Shown: positions 8,844 to 18,631, counted from the first letter of the stretch. The stretch is 63,453 bases of DNA from Candidatus Parvarchaeum sp. (GCA_049965555.1 JBMFWF010000003.1:1-63453), one strand, 5' to 3'. Made by a program: numbers and translations. The notes: generated by a model from the sequence alone, not told the origin.

Positions 8844-9886
8844 AACAAAATTCAAATCATAAGGATATAAGAGCAAGCCTGGCCAATATGCTCCCGAAAA
8901 AGCTTACTGTATCATTAAAAGAGGAATTTATATATGCACAGATGGGTGGGGAAGACTTGGACCAGACAATAGGATCCGTTGTAATTCTTCTCATTGCAGG
9001 AGCAATTATAGGTGCTGTGCTTGTATTTCATTTTTTGCACTCCCCTCTTTACGCAATAGGAGCAGTATTTGGAATATTCTTTGGAGGGATCATTCTTGTC
9101 AGGTCCGTGCTTTCAATGCTTGCAGATTCCATTGCAGGTAAAATAGAGAAGGTTCTTCCTGATATGCTTCTATTGATGGCTGCAAACTTAAGGGCAGGTA
9201 TGATACCTGAAAATTCATTTATAGCATCCATGAAACCTGAATTTGGAAAGCTGAATTATCTCTTAAATAAAGCGGCAATAGAAACACAGGCAGGCAAAAA
9301 TTTCTCAGAAGCGTTGCTGGAGATGAATGACATGACAAACTCCGAATTCTTTAAGGACAGCGTAAGGATAATATCAGAAGGGATAAGGTCCGGAGCGGAA
9401 TTACACTTAATATTAGAGAACCTTGCCAGTAATCTTTTGCAGAATGAAAGCATAAGAAATGACATGAAGGCACAGGTAAAAAGCTATTCTCTTTTCATAT
9501 TCATAGCAGCTACTCTTGCCGCGCCGCTGCTCTATGGGGTATCCTCTTTCCTTATAGGAATACTTGACCAAGTAGGCGCAACAACAAACTCAGGAAATGC
9601 TGCTGCTAACCTTCCAAGTGGCACACTTGGGTTATTTTCAGGTTTTAGCCTCCCACATATTTCAGTGACTTTAGTTATAGCCATCGCTACAATAAACGTA
9701 ATTATAACAACTGCTTCAAGTGCTCTTTTAGGTGGTGTTTTAAACACAGGAAAAGCAAAAAACGGCCTTAAAAACATACCTGTATATGTATTGATAGGTT
9801 TAGGTATATTTTTCATGGTCAGAATAGGCGTATCGACATTATTTGCAAGCTCATCACTTACATCAGGAGTATCAAGTGGATTTTAA
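8840..9886 (+). CDS. Second TadB/TadC-like platform membrane protein
   Basis: IEKVLPD.L.LMA.NLRAG, EFG.L, SGAEL..IL; ATGA overlap with the preceding gene. Confidence 0.88.
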   Translation: MKQNSNHKDIRASLANMLPKKLTVSLKEEFIYAQMGGEDLDQTIGSVVILLIAGAIIGAVLVFHFLHSPLYAIGAVFGIFFGGIILVRSVLSMLADSIAGKIEKVLPDMLLLMAANLRAGMIPENSFIASMKPEFGKLNYLLNKAAIETQAGKNFSEALLEMNDMTNSEFFKDSVRIISEGIRSGAELHLILENLASNLLQNESIRNDMKAQVKSYSLFIFIAATLAAPLLYGVSSFLIGILDQVGATTNSGNAAANLPSGTLGLFSGFSLPHISVTLVIAIATINVIITTASSALLGGVLNTGKAKNGLKNIPVYVLIGLGIFFMVRIGVSTLFASSSLTSGVSSGF

Positions 9887-9956
9887 TTTTCAAAGAAAGG
9901 ATTAAATGCATGTTTTTAATATTAAAGGATATTACATAAATATTGACGGATTTGAA

Positions 9957-10029
9957 GGGCTCATGGTCTAGCGGTTATGACGTCTCCCTCACACGGAGAA
10001 GGTCGGGAGTTCGAACCTCCCTGGGCCCA
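9957..10029 (+). tRNA. tRNA-Val(CAC)
   Basis: GGGCTCA/TGGGCCC acceptor, TCTCC-CT-CAC-AC-GGAGA, TTCGAAC T loop. Confidence 0.95.
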
Positions 10030-10040
10030 GATAAATTAAA

Positions 10041-11210
10041 TTAAGGTATTACCCATTTGATATTATTTGATACTCCGTTACGCCCATTGCCACTATAGTC
10101 TAGTGTATTACCGTCCAATGGCCACCAAGCAATCAAATCTAGATTTTGTAAAGGCAAACTATTCCGTCCATTTAAAAATAATTTAGACACATTATTTGCC
10201 GTTATGGCCAAATTATAAAGCTGAACGTTTGATATAGAACCATTAAAATAAGAGATGGGTGGTAAATCGGGCCAATTTGCTCCATTTGAACTTCCAGCTC
10301 CAACAACAAAATAATAAGGAGAAAATGTACACACACTATCACTAATTTTATTTATTTCACTGCCATTTAAATATAAAACTTCAGTCTTGCCTGCAGCCGT
10401 TACATTCTGTGTTAAAACTGCAAACGTCCAAGCATTATTTGAAACTATTTTATTAGTCTGAAAAATAGGGCCGCAGTCTGTTCCCCCAAATAAAGAGTTA
10501 TTACTTCCCACGTAAAGAATATTCCACCAACCTCCAACGTAATTCGGCATAGGCCCTGACCCCAACCATATCATTGCGCCGTAACTTGATGTTTTAAACC
10601 ATAATGCTACAGAAAAATTTTCTGTATTATTTAAAATGGAATTTTCTGGCGTACTCATATAACTGTTAACTCCATTAAAACTGGCAACTAAATTAGATGA
10701 AGATGCTCCCGTTATTGTACCTGTTGTATTAGTAATTACATTACCCGCAGGAGTTGAATAACTATATTGAAGATTGGCAGACAGAGAATATTTTGTATTT
10801 GCAGATGTACATGTAATGGTAGGTATTATTATTGTTGCTGTTGTGCCAGGGTAAATCTTTATAGGTGTTAGATTGTACTCTTTTGTTAAAGCTGTTGTGC
10901 CGGTATTTGATGTTATATAAATTTTAGAGATTGTTGCCGAAGTTGCCGTGTTTGGCAAGCCCCCTCCTATTAATGTGACTAACAACCCTGATGGATTACA
11001 TATCACTGAAGAAACTGCAAAGGGTGAGAAACCGCTGCTTGTAAAAGTTACGCTTGAGCTTGGGTTGAAGATTCCCATGCTATATAATATAACTGCTACA
11101 ATTACTATAATCAGAATAGCCCAGCCGTAGGTCATCATGTACTCTAGAGCTGACTGAGATCTCTTGCTTTTTGTTAAAAGAGTCAAGTGCTTATTTGTGT
11201 GTGTGAACAT
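10041..11210 (-). CDS. Class III signal peptide (pilin-like) protein with C-terminal LamG/ConA-like domain; true start may be the out-of-frame ATG at 11271
   Basis: KRSQ/SALEYMMTYGW plus hydrophobic helix; LamG hallmarks FNGVNSY, FSVALWFK, LYLNG, FNGSISNVQLYN, WWPLDGN..DYSGNG. Confidence 0.88.
   Translation of the reverse strand: MFTHTNKHLTLLTKSKRSQSALEYMMTYGWAILIIVIVAVILYSMGIFNPSSSVTFTSSGFSPFAVSSVICNPSGLLVTLIGGGLPNTATSATISKIYITSNTGTTALTKEYNLTPIKIYPGTTATIIIPTITCTSANTKYSLSANLQYSYSTPAGNVITNTTGTITGASSSNLVASFNGVNSYMSTPENSILNNTENFSVALWFKTSSYGAMIWLGSGPMPNYVGGWWNILYVGSNNSLFGGTDCGPIFQTNKIVSNNAWTFAVLTQNVTAAGKTEVLYLNGSEINKISDSVCTFSPYYFVVGAGSSNGANWPDLPPISYFNGSISNVQLYNLAITANNVSKLFLNGRNSLPLQNLDLIAWWPLDGNTLDYSGNGRNGVSNNIKWVIP
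11062..11173. repeat. Dispersed repeat copy 1 (pilin N-terminal cassette)
   Basis: 104/112 nt identical to 31108-31219 by manual alignment; 60/61 over 11113-11173. Confidence 0.9.
11196..11205 (-). repeat. (CA)5 dinucleotide tract at the frameshift junction
   Basis: TGTGTGTGTG on the + strand; (CA)6 or (CA)3 would join ATG 11271 in frame to the adhesin. Confidence 0.75.
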
Positions 11211-11294
11211 ATATAATATGAGAATGCTCTGCCTTTTCCTCTTCTTTATTGTTTAAGGCTTTGGATTGCATATTATTTTATATAAAAACAAGGG

Positions 11295-11301
11295 ATATAA
11301 A
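11295..11301 (-). promoter_or_regulatory. TATA box for the adhesin gene
   Basis: GAAATA-TTTATAT on the - strand, 30 nt upstream of ATG 11271. Confidence 0.55.
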
Positions 11302-11313
11302 TATTTCTAATAG

Positions 11314-11862
11314 TCAATAGTAACTAAGCTTTTTATTCTTGTCTATGTATATAAATTTCAATCCCATTTTTCTAGCTTTTTCAAATGTGGCAGCTGCCTT
11401 TTCACTATTTTCATAGCCTAATATTATTATATTTTTTATGTCTTCCTCCTTTATGTCTTCATACATTTTTTCATGCTCGTATGCCTTTTCCTTTAAATAG
11501 ACTTTAGGGACTTTGCCCCTCAATTCAAGGTATATCTTAAGCCAGCCAGTCCAATGATCCGGCTTTCCGTCTTCATAACTGCCCAGCAACCTATTCTGCC
11601 TGTGTGCCTCTTCGTGTATAAGCAGGTTCTCAATGTCATCAAATTTGCTAGAGCACATAGAATCGTAAAGAAACCACTTATCAATTAGTATTTTATCGTT
11701 ATGCCGGTCATATTTACCTAAAAACATGCCGTTGGAATTTGCTATATAATATTTAGTTTTGTCAAATGCCGAAGGATAAGGCGAATTCTCTTTAAGCTTT
11801 GAAAGTAAACATTCCAGAACACTCCTCTGCTTTCTTATATCAATGAACTCCTCGTTTATCAT
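11314..11862 (-). CDS. SprT-like zinc metalloprotease (zincin)
   Basis: LIHEEAHRQ...PDHWTGW (HExxH plus downstream His). Confidence 0.65.
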   Translation of the reverse strand: MINEEFIDIRKQRSVLECLLSKLKENSPYPSAFDKTKYYIANSNGMFLGKYDRHNDKILIDKWFLYDSMCSSKFDDIENLLIHEEAHRQNRLLGSYEDGKPDHWTGWLKIYLELRGKVPKVYLKEKAYEHEKMYEDIKEEDIKNIIILGYENSEKAAATFEKARKMGLKFIYIDKNKKLSYY

Positions 11863-11974
11863 GATTAATAGAGATGGAAGGCCATTAATAAAGATTATTC
11901 AGTTGTTAAAGAAAGCACTAAAATGAACATGACTAATTTAAATGGCTCTACTTTTAATTGCTATTACGGAAAAA

Positions 11975-12748
11975 TCATATAAAAGGAACCAGCATGTAAA
12001 TGCCTACAACTATGATTATAATTGCGAATATTTTTCTAAGCAGCGACTTATTGATGGAGGTAGTAATCCTGGTTCCTAATATGCCGCCAAAAATTCCGCC
12101 CAGTACATACAATAATGCTATTGATATGATAAGATCACCTGCAAAGGCATACCTTATTGCGGTCACAATGCCAAATGTTCCCACAGCAAGAAGAGAAGTG
12201 CCTACTGCTTTGTTTATGCTTGTATCTGAGGAATATAAAATAGAAGGCACTATTAGAAATCCTCCCCCAATCCCAAAATATCCTGATGCAAAGCCGGCAA
12301 TTAAACTAAATATGCTAACCTTCTTTTTATTTACTCTTTGCTTTTTGGATTTTTTGTTTTGCGTACACTTTTTACATTTAGTAAGAAACATGTATAAGCC
12401 TATTGCAATTATCAAAACTGAAAAGATGCCTATTAAACTCTCTCCCGGGGTTATTAATCCCAGCGTTGTCCCTACTAATACCCCAACTACACCAACTATT
12501 GAGAATATCAAGCCCACATTTTTATCCACATTGTGTTTTCTGAAGTGGCCTATAAAATTTACATAAGCGTTTATTCCCACTGCCAATGCCGTCGTACCAA
12601 TAACAAGATGCGGTTTATCTATGCCTACAAAATAGAGCAGCAAAGGTATAGCAAGTATGGAACCTCCGCCTCCTATCAACCCTAATGAAAAGCCCACTAA
12701 AAACCCTGAAACAATGGAAAAAATATACTGAATCAATGTGATTATCAT
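11975..12748 (-). CDS. Sulfite exporter TauE/SafE (DUF81) permease
   Basis: Duplicated GLIGGGGSILAIP / GYFGIGGGFLIVP and AVGTSL motifs. Confidence 0.9.
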   Translation of the reverse strand: MIITLIQYIFSIVSGFLVGFSLGLIGGGGSILAIPLLLYFVGIDKPHLVIGTTALAVGINAYVNFIGHFRKHNVDKNVGLIFSIVGVVGVLVGTTLGLITPGESLIGIFSVLIIAIGLYMFLTKCKKCTQNKKSKKQRVNKKKVSIFSLIAGFASGYFGIGGGFLIVPSILYSSDTSINKAVGTSLLAVGTFGIVTAIRYAFAGDLIISIALLYVLGGIFGGILGTRITTSINKSLLRKIFAIIIIVVGIYMLVPFI

Positions 12749-12801
12749 ATTATAGTTAACTTAATTTTCTTTATTTAAATAAAGTAGAAGATGCATGCAA
12801 T

Positions 12802-13416
12802 TTAATTGCCTAATTCTTTTTTCGAAGCTACATTGCCATTCGAATCAATTAAATAAATTATCGGCAGGCCTGTAGGCAGTTCCAATGACAATACCTGCTC
12901 TTTTGACAAATTATCCAAATACATTACTATCGAACGTAAACTATTCCCGTGCGCAACAACTAAGACATTTTTCCCGCCCTTGATATCAGTCATTATGCAG
13001 TTCATGAAAAACGGGATAGTCCTTTTTTGTGTGTCCTCTAAGCTTTCTCCGTTCGGCGGCTTTACGTCATAACTTCTTCTCCATATATGGACTTGCTCCT
13101 CTCCGTACTTCTTTGCAGTATCTGCCTTGTTTAATCCCTGCAAATCCCCGTACATCCTTTCATTCAAAGCCGAATCCTTTATTACTGGAATTTTTTGCTG
13201 TATTTCTTTCATTACTATATCAAGAGTCTCTATTGCCCTGTCCAAAACGCTTGTATAAGCAACCTGAAACTGTATGCCTTCTTTTTTTATTGACTGGCCG
13301 GCTTTCTTTGCCTGCTCTCTTCCAAAATCTGTCAAAGGAACGTCAACCCAGCCGGTGAACCTGTTTTCCTTGTTCCAAAGGGATTCTCCGTGCCTTAACA
13401 AACACAGTTGTGCCAT
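12802..13416 (-). CDS. gpmA: 2,3-bisphosphoglycerate-dependent phosphoglycerate mutase
   Basis: LRHGES.WN.ENRFTGWVDVPL, LNERMYG.LQG.NK, WRRSYD, AHGNSLR; ATG 13416 chosen over the upstream GTG. Confidence 0.93.
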   Translation of the reverse strand: MAQLCLLRHGESLWNKENRFTGWVDVPLTDFGREQAKKAGQSIKKEGIQFQVAYTSVLDRAIETLDIVMKEIQQKIPVIKDSALNERMYGDLQGLNKADTAKKYGEEQVHIWRRSYDVKPPNGESLEDTQKRTIPFFMNCIMTDIKGGKNVLVVAHGNSLRSIVMYLDNLSKEQVLSLELPTGLPIIYLIDSNGNVASKKELGN

Positions 13417-13478
13417 TTTATTTGATAGCACTCCATTTATTAATCTCTTTTTAGCTTTTTTTACAAAAAGAAAAACAA

Positions 13479-13820
13479 TTATCGTTTTTTCCCTCTTCTA
13501 ATTATTTTTACAGCTATAAGAAGTACAATAAAGATAAGAATCGCCGCTGAAACTGAATACATTATTGCGTTCAATCCGCATTTAAAATAAAAAGAACCGG
13601 AAATCGAAGGCGTTCCTCCTGCTGTGCTTGAAAGCGCTGCGGCGTAAATAGAACATGAATTATAGTTTGTAAATATAAGAAAATAAATGGGTATGGCCAA
13701 AGCAATTCCTATAATTGCAAGGATCAATTTTGTCCTGTCTTTTTTGATTTTTATGCTGTTTATTTCTACATTTATGCCCTGAGATTTTAATTCCTCCTTG
13801 TATTTATCTGCTAAGCTCAT
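13479..13820 (-). CDS. Hypothetical two-TM membrane protein
   Basis: Two hydrophobic helices; coupled to the upstream Lrp gene. Confidence 0.7.
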   Translation of the reverse strand: MSLADKYKEELKSQGINVEINSIKIKKDRTKLILAIIGIALAIPIYFLIFTNYNSCSIYAAALSSTAGGTPSISGSFYFKCGLNAIMYSVSAAILIFIVLLIAVKIIRRGKKR

Positions 13821-14251
13821 TATATTTCTACGTGTCTCATTATAAATATAGATTGTATTTTCTTAACGTTTTGCAGATTCTGCAGCTTCTCGTGCACAAA
13901 GTTTATTATGTCTTCTTTTTGCCCACTTACAGATAAGATAAAATCCCAGTCGCCGCTTACTTCAAAAATTTCCTTTACAACCGAATCTTCCTTTAGGTCC
14001 TGGAAGAACTTTTCAAAATCAGTAGTGTGTACGCTGTTCAATGAAACAAGGATAAACGCTTTTTCATAGATTTTTGATTCATCATAATTCATCTCAACCT
14101 TTAAGCCTTTAATAAATCCATTTTTCCTGAGTTTGTTGTAATGGTAATAGACTGTTGACTGGGGAACATTCAATTTTTTGGTTATTTCCTTGACTTTTTC
14201 CCCTTTTTTAAAAAGATCTAACAGCTCTACATCTATTTCTTTGAGTTTCAT
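13820..14251 (-). CDS. Lrp/AsnC family transcriptional regulator
   Basis: HTH (LNVPQSTVYYH..KL...GFIKG) plus RAM domain VSGDWDFIL. Confidence 0.88.
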   Translation of the reverse strand: MKLKEIDVELLDLFKKGEKVKEITKKLNVPQSTVYYHYNKLRKNGFIKGLKVEMNYDESKIYEKAFILVSLNSVHTTDFEKFFQDLKEDSVVKEIFEVSGDWDFILSVSGQKEDIINFVHEKLQNLQNVKKIQSIFIMRHVEI

Positions 14252-14297
14252 AGCATTGAATAATACTTATGGTAATACTCTATTTAAAAAGCTTTCA

Positions 14298-15086
14298 TTA
14301 TGATATTATTCTTGCGGAAAAGAAGTTTGCAACGACATTTTTAAGCGTCGAATTTGGAAGAAACATTTCTCTCCCGTAAAAAGTGTTTAAATCTGCTTTT
14401 GAAAGGAAGAAAGCCGTTGTGTTTTCGTACAAAAACATCAGGCCGTTGTAAAACCTTGTATTGTTTATCTTTATTGAAGGTATGTAAGTAGTATTTTGCC
14501 CGTTGTATGAAAGTGTACCGTTTATTTCATACAAGTAAGTGCTATTAGGAAATGCTACAAAAGTTCCAAAACCAAGTCTTATGCTCTTGTTTATAGAGCT
14601 GTTTGCTATAGGAATTGTAACATTTGAATAGATAGAGCACACGGCAAATGCCTCGCTTTTGTTACTTGCAACCTCGCAGTTTCTTAATGAATTACTCAAG
14701 GTTTTCGTAGTAAAATTATACGGGAAAAAAGTCAAATACGGAAGAGAGGATGCATTTTCCATGTCTATTAATATGTTATACCCTGCAGGAAGCTTTGCGC
14801 TGCCAAAAAGAATTGAATTATACAAAGTAGCGTTTTCAACTGCTTTGTTGCCGTTAATTGAAAGCGCTTTTGCAGCACTATAATACTGCGAAGGAACCAG
14901 GATAGTTGAATTCGTATATGCTGCATTGAAATACTCTAAAGCATACTGTATTGAAGAAGGAATTGAATTTACATTAACTGTTGATGGTGCTTTGTTTAGC
15001 TTGACGAAAGCAAAAACTGCAATCAAGATGATTATTACCACAACTAGAAGCCATAAAAGAGAGGGGGATATTCTTAGCACTACCAT
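14298..15086 (-). CDS. Membrane-anchored/secreted hypothetical glycoprotein
   Basis: N-terminal TM helix, many N-x-S/T sequons. Confidence 0.7.
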   Translation of the reverse strand: MVVLRISPSLLWLLVVVIIILIAVFAFVKLNKAPSTVNVNSIPSSIQYALEYFNAAYTNSTILVPSQYYSAAKALSINGNKAVENATLYNSILFGSAKLPAGYNILIDMENASSLPYLTFFPYNFTTKTLSNSLRNCEVASNKSEAFAVCSIYSNVTIPIANSSINKSIRLGFGTFVAFPNSTYLYEINGTLSYNGQNTTYIPSIKINNTRFYNGLMFLYENTTAFFLSKADLNTFYGREMFLPNSTLKNVVANFFSARIIS

Positions 15087-15092
15087 AGACCA

Positions 15093-15458
15093 CTACTCAT
15101 TTGGATCATTTTTCTCTTCGTTCTCTTGATCATTTTCTTCGCTGTTTTCTTGGTTTATAGTTTCAGTGTCATTGTATGAAGGTTCTTCATGGATTTCTTC
15201 ATCACTGCCTTTAATCCCAGCATCTTCAGTTGCAAAGATTGTGAATTTCCTCTTTACCTTCGAGCTACCTGTTCTTTTTACGTATTTAGGCATGCCTTTG
15301 TAAAGCCTTTGTCCGTGTATTTTCTTTGCGCAGTCCGGACAATAATATGCCTTTATCCCGTCTCTAAATAGATAAACGGCTCTGTCCCTTCTAGTTATTT
15401 GGCCGCATGAAGCGCATCTAACGTTTCCTGTTCTTCCCCTTCTTATGTTCTTTCCCAT
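15093..15458 (-). CDS. rps26e: Ribosomal protein eS26-like with acidic tail
   Basis: RRGRTGNVRCASCG...RDRAV...YYCPDCAK matches the eS26 zinc-finger layout; own TATA-like box at 15481-15490 inside cydB. Confidence 0.7.
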   Translation of the reverse strand: MGKNIRRGRTGNVRCASCGQITRRDRAVYLFRDGIKAYYCPDCAKKIHGQRLYKGMPKYVKRTGSSKVKRKFTIFATEDAGIKGSDEEIHEEPSYNDTETINQENSEENDQENEEKNDPNE

Positions 15459-16455
15459 TCACTTTATTATTATTGGAGATTATATATAAGTTTGCTATAC
15501 CTATTTTTTCATTCTCATCGCTATCTTCCTGATAGTTATCGCTGCTATTTTCTTTTTCTGGAAGCTTGTACATGTAAAGGAAAAAGAGAAGCATTGCTGT
15601 AAGCAATATCCCGCCGACTATTGTGACAAGTATGCCGGCAGAGGCAACCGCTGAATTATTCAAGTAAGAAGCCAAAGACTGTGTTCCAAAAACTTTTCCA
15701 TAATTAAGAAAATTTATTGATATGACGGAAAGAAATGCAGCTATAAAAACAATCTCTCTTCTTGCCTTTCCAGTTATGTAATAAAATAATGAAACTGCTG
15801 CTATCGCAGCAGCAAGTACATAAGTTATGTAGTTTACATTTAGGTTAAGCCTGCTGATTGAAAATATGAAAACAAAAAGGCCGAGAACTGTAGATATTGG
15901 TGACAAAACCTTTGCCTTTTCGATCTTGTAAAAAACAAATGATAAACCAAATGCTATAAGAAGCGTACCGACTATGAAGCCAAGAACATATGGATTGGAT
16001 AGGAATACTGAGGTTGAAAACCCGGTCAGCGTTGAATTAGTTCCAACACCGGATATTATTGATATGAAAATTGAAAGAAGTATGATGATTATTATGAATG
16101 TTATCAATGAATAAACCCTTGCAAGCATAAGCTGGCTGAACTTAGAGTCTTTCCAGATGTACTCGGAAAAAACGAGAAAAACGTTTCTCCCTATGAACAA
16201 TAAAGTTGCTAAAAGTATTGGGAAAACATACATGTAATCAATTGCAGGCATTATTGAAGGGTAGAGCACTTCGGTATTTACAACAAAGAAAACGACGAAA
16301 GTTCCGACTATGCCCCACACAGGATCAAGGTATTTCTTTACTTTCGGCAAGCTTTTTCTGTCGTATATAAAGGATATAGCGGACATCCCTTCAACAAAAA
16401 GAAATGTGAACACAATAGCAAGCAGAACGTAATTTATTGTTATGTATGTGTTCAT
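15418..16455 (-). CDS. cydB: Cytochrome bd ubiquinol oxidase subunit II
   Basis: YLDPVW, R.VF.VF, multiple TMs; directly after cydA. Confidence 0.8.
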   Translation of the reverse strand: MNTYITINYVLLAIVFTFLFVEGMSAISFIYDRKSLPKVKKYLDPVWGIVGTFVVFFVVNTEVLYPSIMPAIDYMYVFPILLATLLFIGRNVFLVFSEYIWKDSKFSQLMLARVYSLITFIIIIILLSIFISIISGVGTNSTLTGFSTSVFLSNPYVLGFIVGTLLIAFGLSFVFYKIEKAKVLSPISTVLGLFVFIFSISRLNLNVNYITYVLAAAIAAVSLFYYITGKARREIVFIAAFLSVISINFLNYGKVFGTQSLASYLNNSAVASAGILVTIVGGILLTAMLLFFLYMYKLPEKENSSDNYQEDSDENEKIGIANLYIISNNNKVNGKEHKKGKNRKR

Positions 16456-17867
16456 GGCTTCACCCCAATTTCACTTTTAAGATCCCTTTTTTCCATCACT
16501 CTGCGTACAAATAAAATGGTTGCAGGCATAACTACGATGTAAAAGGCTATCATTGCTATTCCTACAGGAAGGACTGATGGTGAGGTATTAGAGGCAGCTG
16601 AAACAGTCATAACGTTGTATATTATCCATGGCTGCCTTCCAACTTCATCCGTTACCCAGCCGTCCTCCAAAAGGAAAGCAGCAAGCACCCCTATTATTAT
16701 CAACACCTTTAAAACAAGAGGGTTGTCGAATGGATCAGAGAATATCCTTCTTGACAGTAATTTATTGAAAAATTTGTTGGATTCAAACTTGTCTCTTATC
16801 TTATCTATATTCAAAAGCCAAATTATTAGGAAGACAACCATTATGATGCCTATCAAAACACCCAAACCGACCATTATATCAAATGTATTGTGTACTACTG
16901 TAACTGGCGGCCAAGTGCTCTTTGCATATGATAAAAGAGAATCATTGCTTGCTATTACCCCATTGAAGCTTCCTGTAGCCAGAAAGCTCATCAATCCAGG
17001 AACGTTTATCGAATCAATAGTTTTATTGTTTACTAGGAAACCGCCTATTACCTCTGCTACGTGCGGCCCTGAATTGAAGTTCATCTCCAATGCAGCGAAT
17101 TTTTCTGGCTGGTAGACCATCAAATTTGTAATCGATTCAATCCCTATTATAACTGTCAGTATTATCGCTATTATGACTATTGCCGCTGCAATCTTTGCGG
17201 CTTTTTTATAGTACTCCCTTTCAATTCCTTTCGTTTTCAGCAGCTTGTATGCAAAGTAAGCTAAAAAGAAAGCTGCGCCTGCAAATATTGTAGAGCCTAT
17301 TACATGCCCTATCTCTATCCATGTAGTAGGCGTGTTCAAAACTGCAAATGGATTTACGCCGATTATCTTGCCGGTACTCAAATAATAAGGGATGTTGAAC
17401 CCTTTTGGTGTATTCATAAATGCATTTATCATTGTTATGAAAACGCCTGACATTACTGCACCTATTGCGATAAATACGGAAAGAAGCCAATGCCTTATCC
17501 TGCTCTTGAATTTATTCCAGAAATAGATGTATATTCCTAAGAAGATAGCTTCTGTGAAAAAAGCAAATATCTCCATGTACAGAGGCAGTATACCTACCTG
17601 CCCAAGAACAGATATGAACTTCGGCCAGAGAACAAAAAGCTCTATAGCAACTACTACACCACTAGCAGTTCCCACTGCAAAGAATATTATAAGAGCATTT
17701 GCAAGTCTTTTAGCCAAAACATCATATAACCGTATCTTATATCTTATAGAAACGAACTCTGCTATACTCATTATTATAGGCAGGGTCATTCCGATAGTAA
17801 CCAACAGGATATGTACTGCTAAGGAGTAACCCATGAGTCCGGCATCGAATAATACTAGATTTACCAC
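16452..17867 (-). CDS. cydA: Cytochrome bd ubiquinol oxidase subunit I
   Basis: Heme ligands H (AVHILLV, IGHVIG) and M (FDIMVG); QPEKFAALE; GWVTDEVGRQPW. Confidence 0.95.
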   Translation of the reverse strand: MVNLVLFDAGLMGYSLAVHILLVTIGMTLPIIMSIAEFVSIRYKIRLYDVLAKRLANALIIFFAVGTASGVVVAIELFVLWPKFISVLGQVGILPLYMEIFAFFTEAIFLGIYIYFWNKFKSRIRHWLLSVFIAIGAVMSGVFITMINAFMNTPKGFNIPYYLSTGKIIGVNPFAVLNTPTTWIEIGHVIGSTIFAGAAFFLAYFAYKLLKTKGIEREYYKKAAKIAAAIVIIAIILTVIIGIESITNLMVYQPEKFAALEMNFNSGPHVAEVIGGFLVNNKTIDSINVPGLMSFLATGSFNGVIASNDSLLSYAKSTWPPVTVVHNTFDIMVGLGVLIGIIMVVFLIIWLLNIDKIRDKFESNKFFNKLLSRRIFSDPFDNPLVLKVLIIIGVLAAFLLEDGWVTDEVGRQPWIIYNVMTVSAASNTSPSVLPVGIAMIAFYIVVMPATILFVRRVMEKRDLKSEIGVKP

Positions 17868-17920
17868 TAAACTATTAGTTTACGTGTTATTTATGGTTTT
17901 TTATAGCTTTAAACAGAAGA

Positions 17921-18631
17921 TTACAAGTGGACAACGCCATTAGGATAAATTATCCTTTTGTCCGACTTTGAAAGCTTTAAAGCTAGATTATTTGAATCAA
18001 CGGATAAATGAACTGGCACCAGCTTTTTGGCACGGCTTTCTTGGAATACCTGAATTACAGAGCTGTAAGTGGAATGCCTCCAAAAGTCGGCTTCCTCTTT
18101 CTTGTTGTCTAAATATGTCATTTCATGCAGTAATATGTCTGCATCCTCTGCGCCTTTCACTACGTTTTCACTATAAGCAGTATCTCCGCTGTAAAAGATG
18201 GTTTTTCCCTTGTAATTAACCCTGTATCCGTTGTCTATTACGAGATGTTTCGCCCTGAAAGGCTGTATGAAATCATATTTCGTGTCTTCAATGAACTCTG
18301 CATTTATCTTGAATGCCTTTGGTGTCTGTAATGTTTTCAGAAGCCTTTCTGTGTTGTTTTTTATTCCTTTTGGGCCAAGAACTATTAATTTGTTTTTTGC
18401 CTTGTATATAGACCTGTACCAAAATAGTTCCGGCAAGCCGCTGAAATGGTCCAAGTGCATGTGCGTTATAAGAACTATTTCTATATCCCGAGGGTCTATC
18501 TTACTGTCAAGCAAAGACTCTATTGTATGCGGGCCGAAGTCAAAAACTATTTTGTCATCCAATGCAAAGGATATGTTTCTTTCTCCCCTTACAAGATTAG
18601 AACTCCACTTACCGAGAAATCTTATGTTCAT
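17921..18631 (-). CDS. MBL-fold metallo-hydrolase, RNase Z-like
   Basis: THMHLDHFSG, YSGDT, LLHEMT, HST, PVH. Confidence 0.85.
   Translation of the reverse strand: MNIRFLGKWSSNLVRGERNISFALDDKIVFDFGPHTIESLLDSKIDPRDIEIVLITHMHLDHFSGLPELFWYRSIYKAKNKLIVLGPKGIKNNTERLLKTLQTPKAFKINAEFIEDTKYDFIQPFRAKHLVIDNGYRVNYKGKTIFYSGDTAYSENVVKGAEDADILLHEMTYLDNKKEEADFWRHSTYSSVIQVFQESRAKKLVPVHLSVDSNNLALKLSKSDKRIIYPNGVVHL

Noticed and set aside
6422-9886. Archaellum operon
   Set aside because: No archaellins or FlaH/FlaF/FlaG nearby, and two separate TadC-like genes rather than a single FlaJ.
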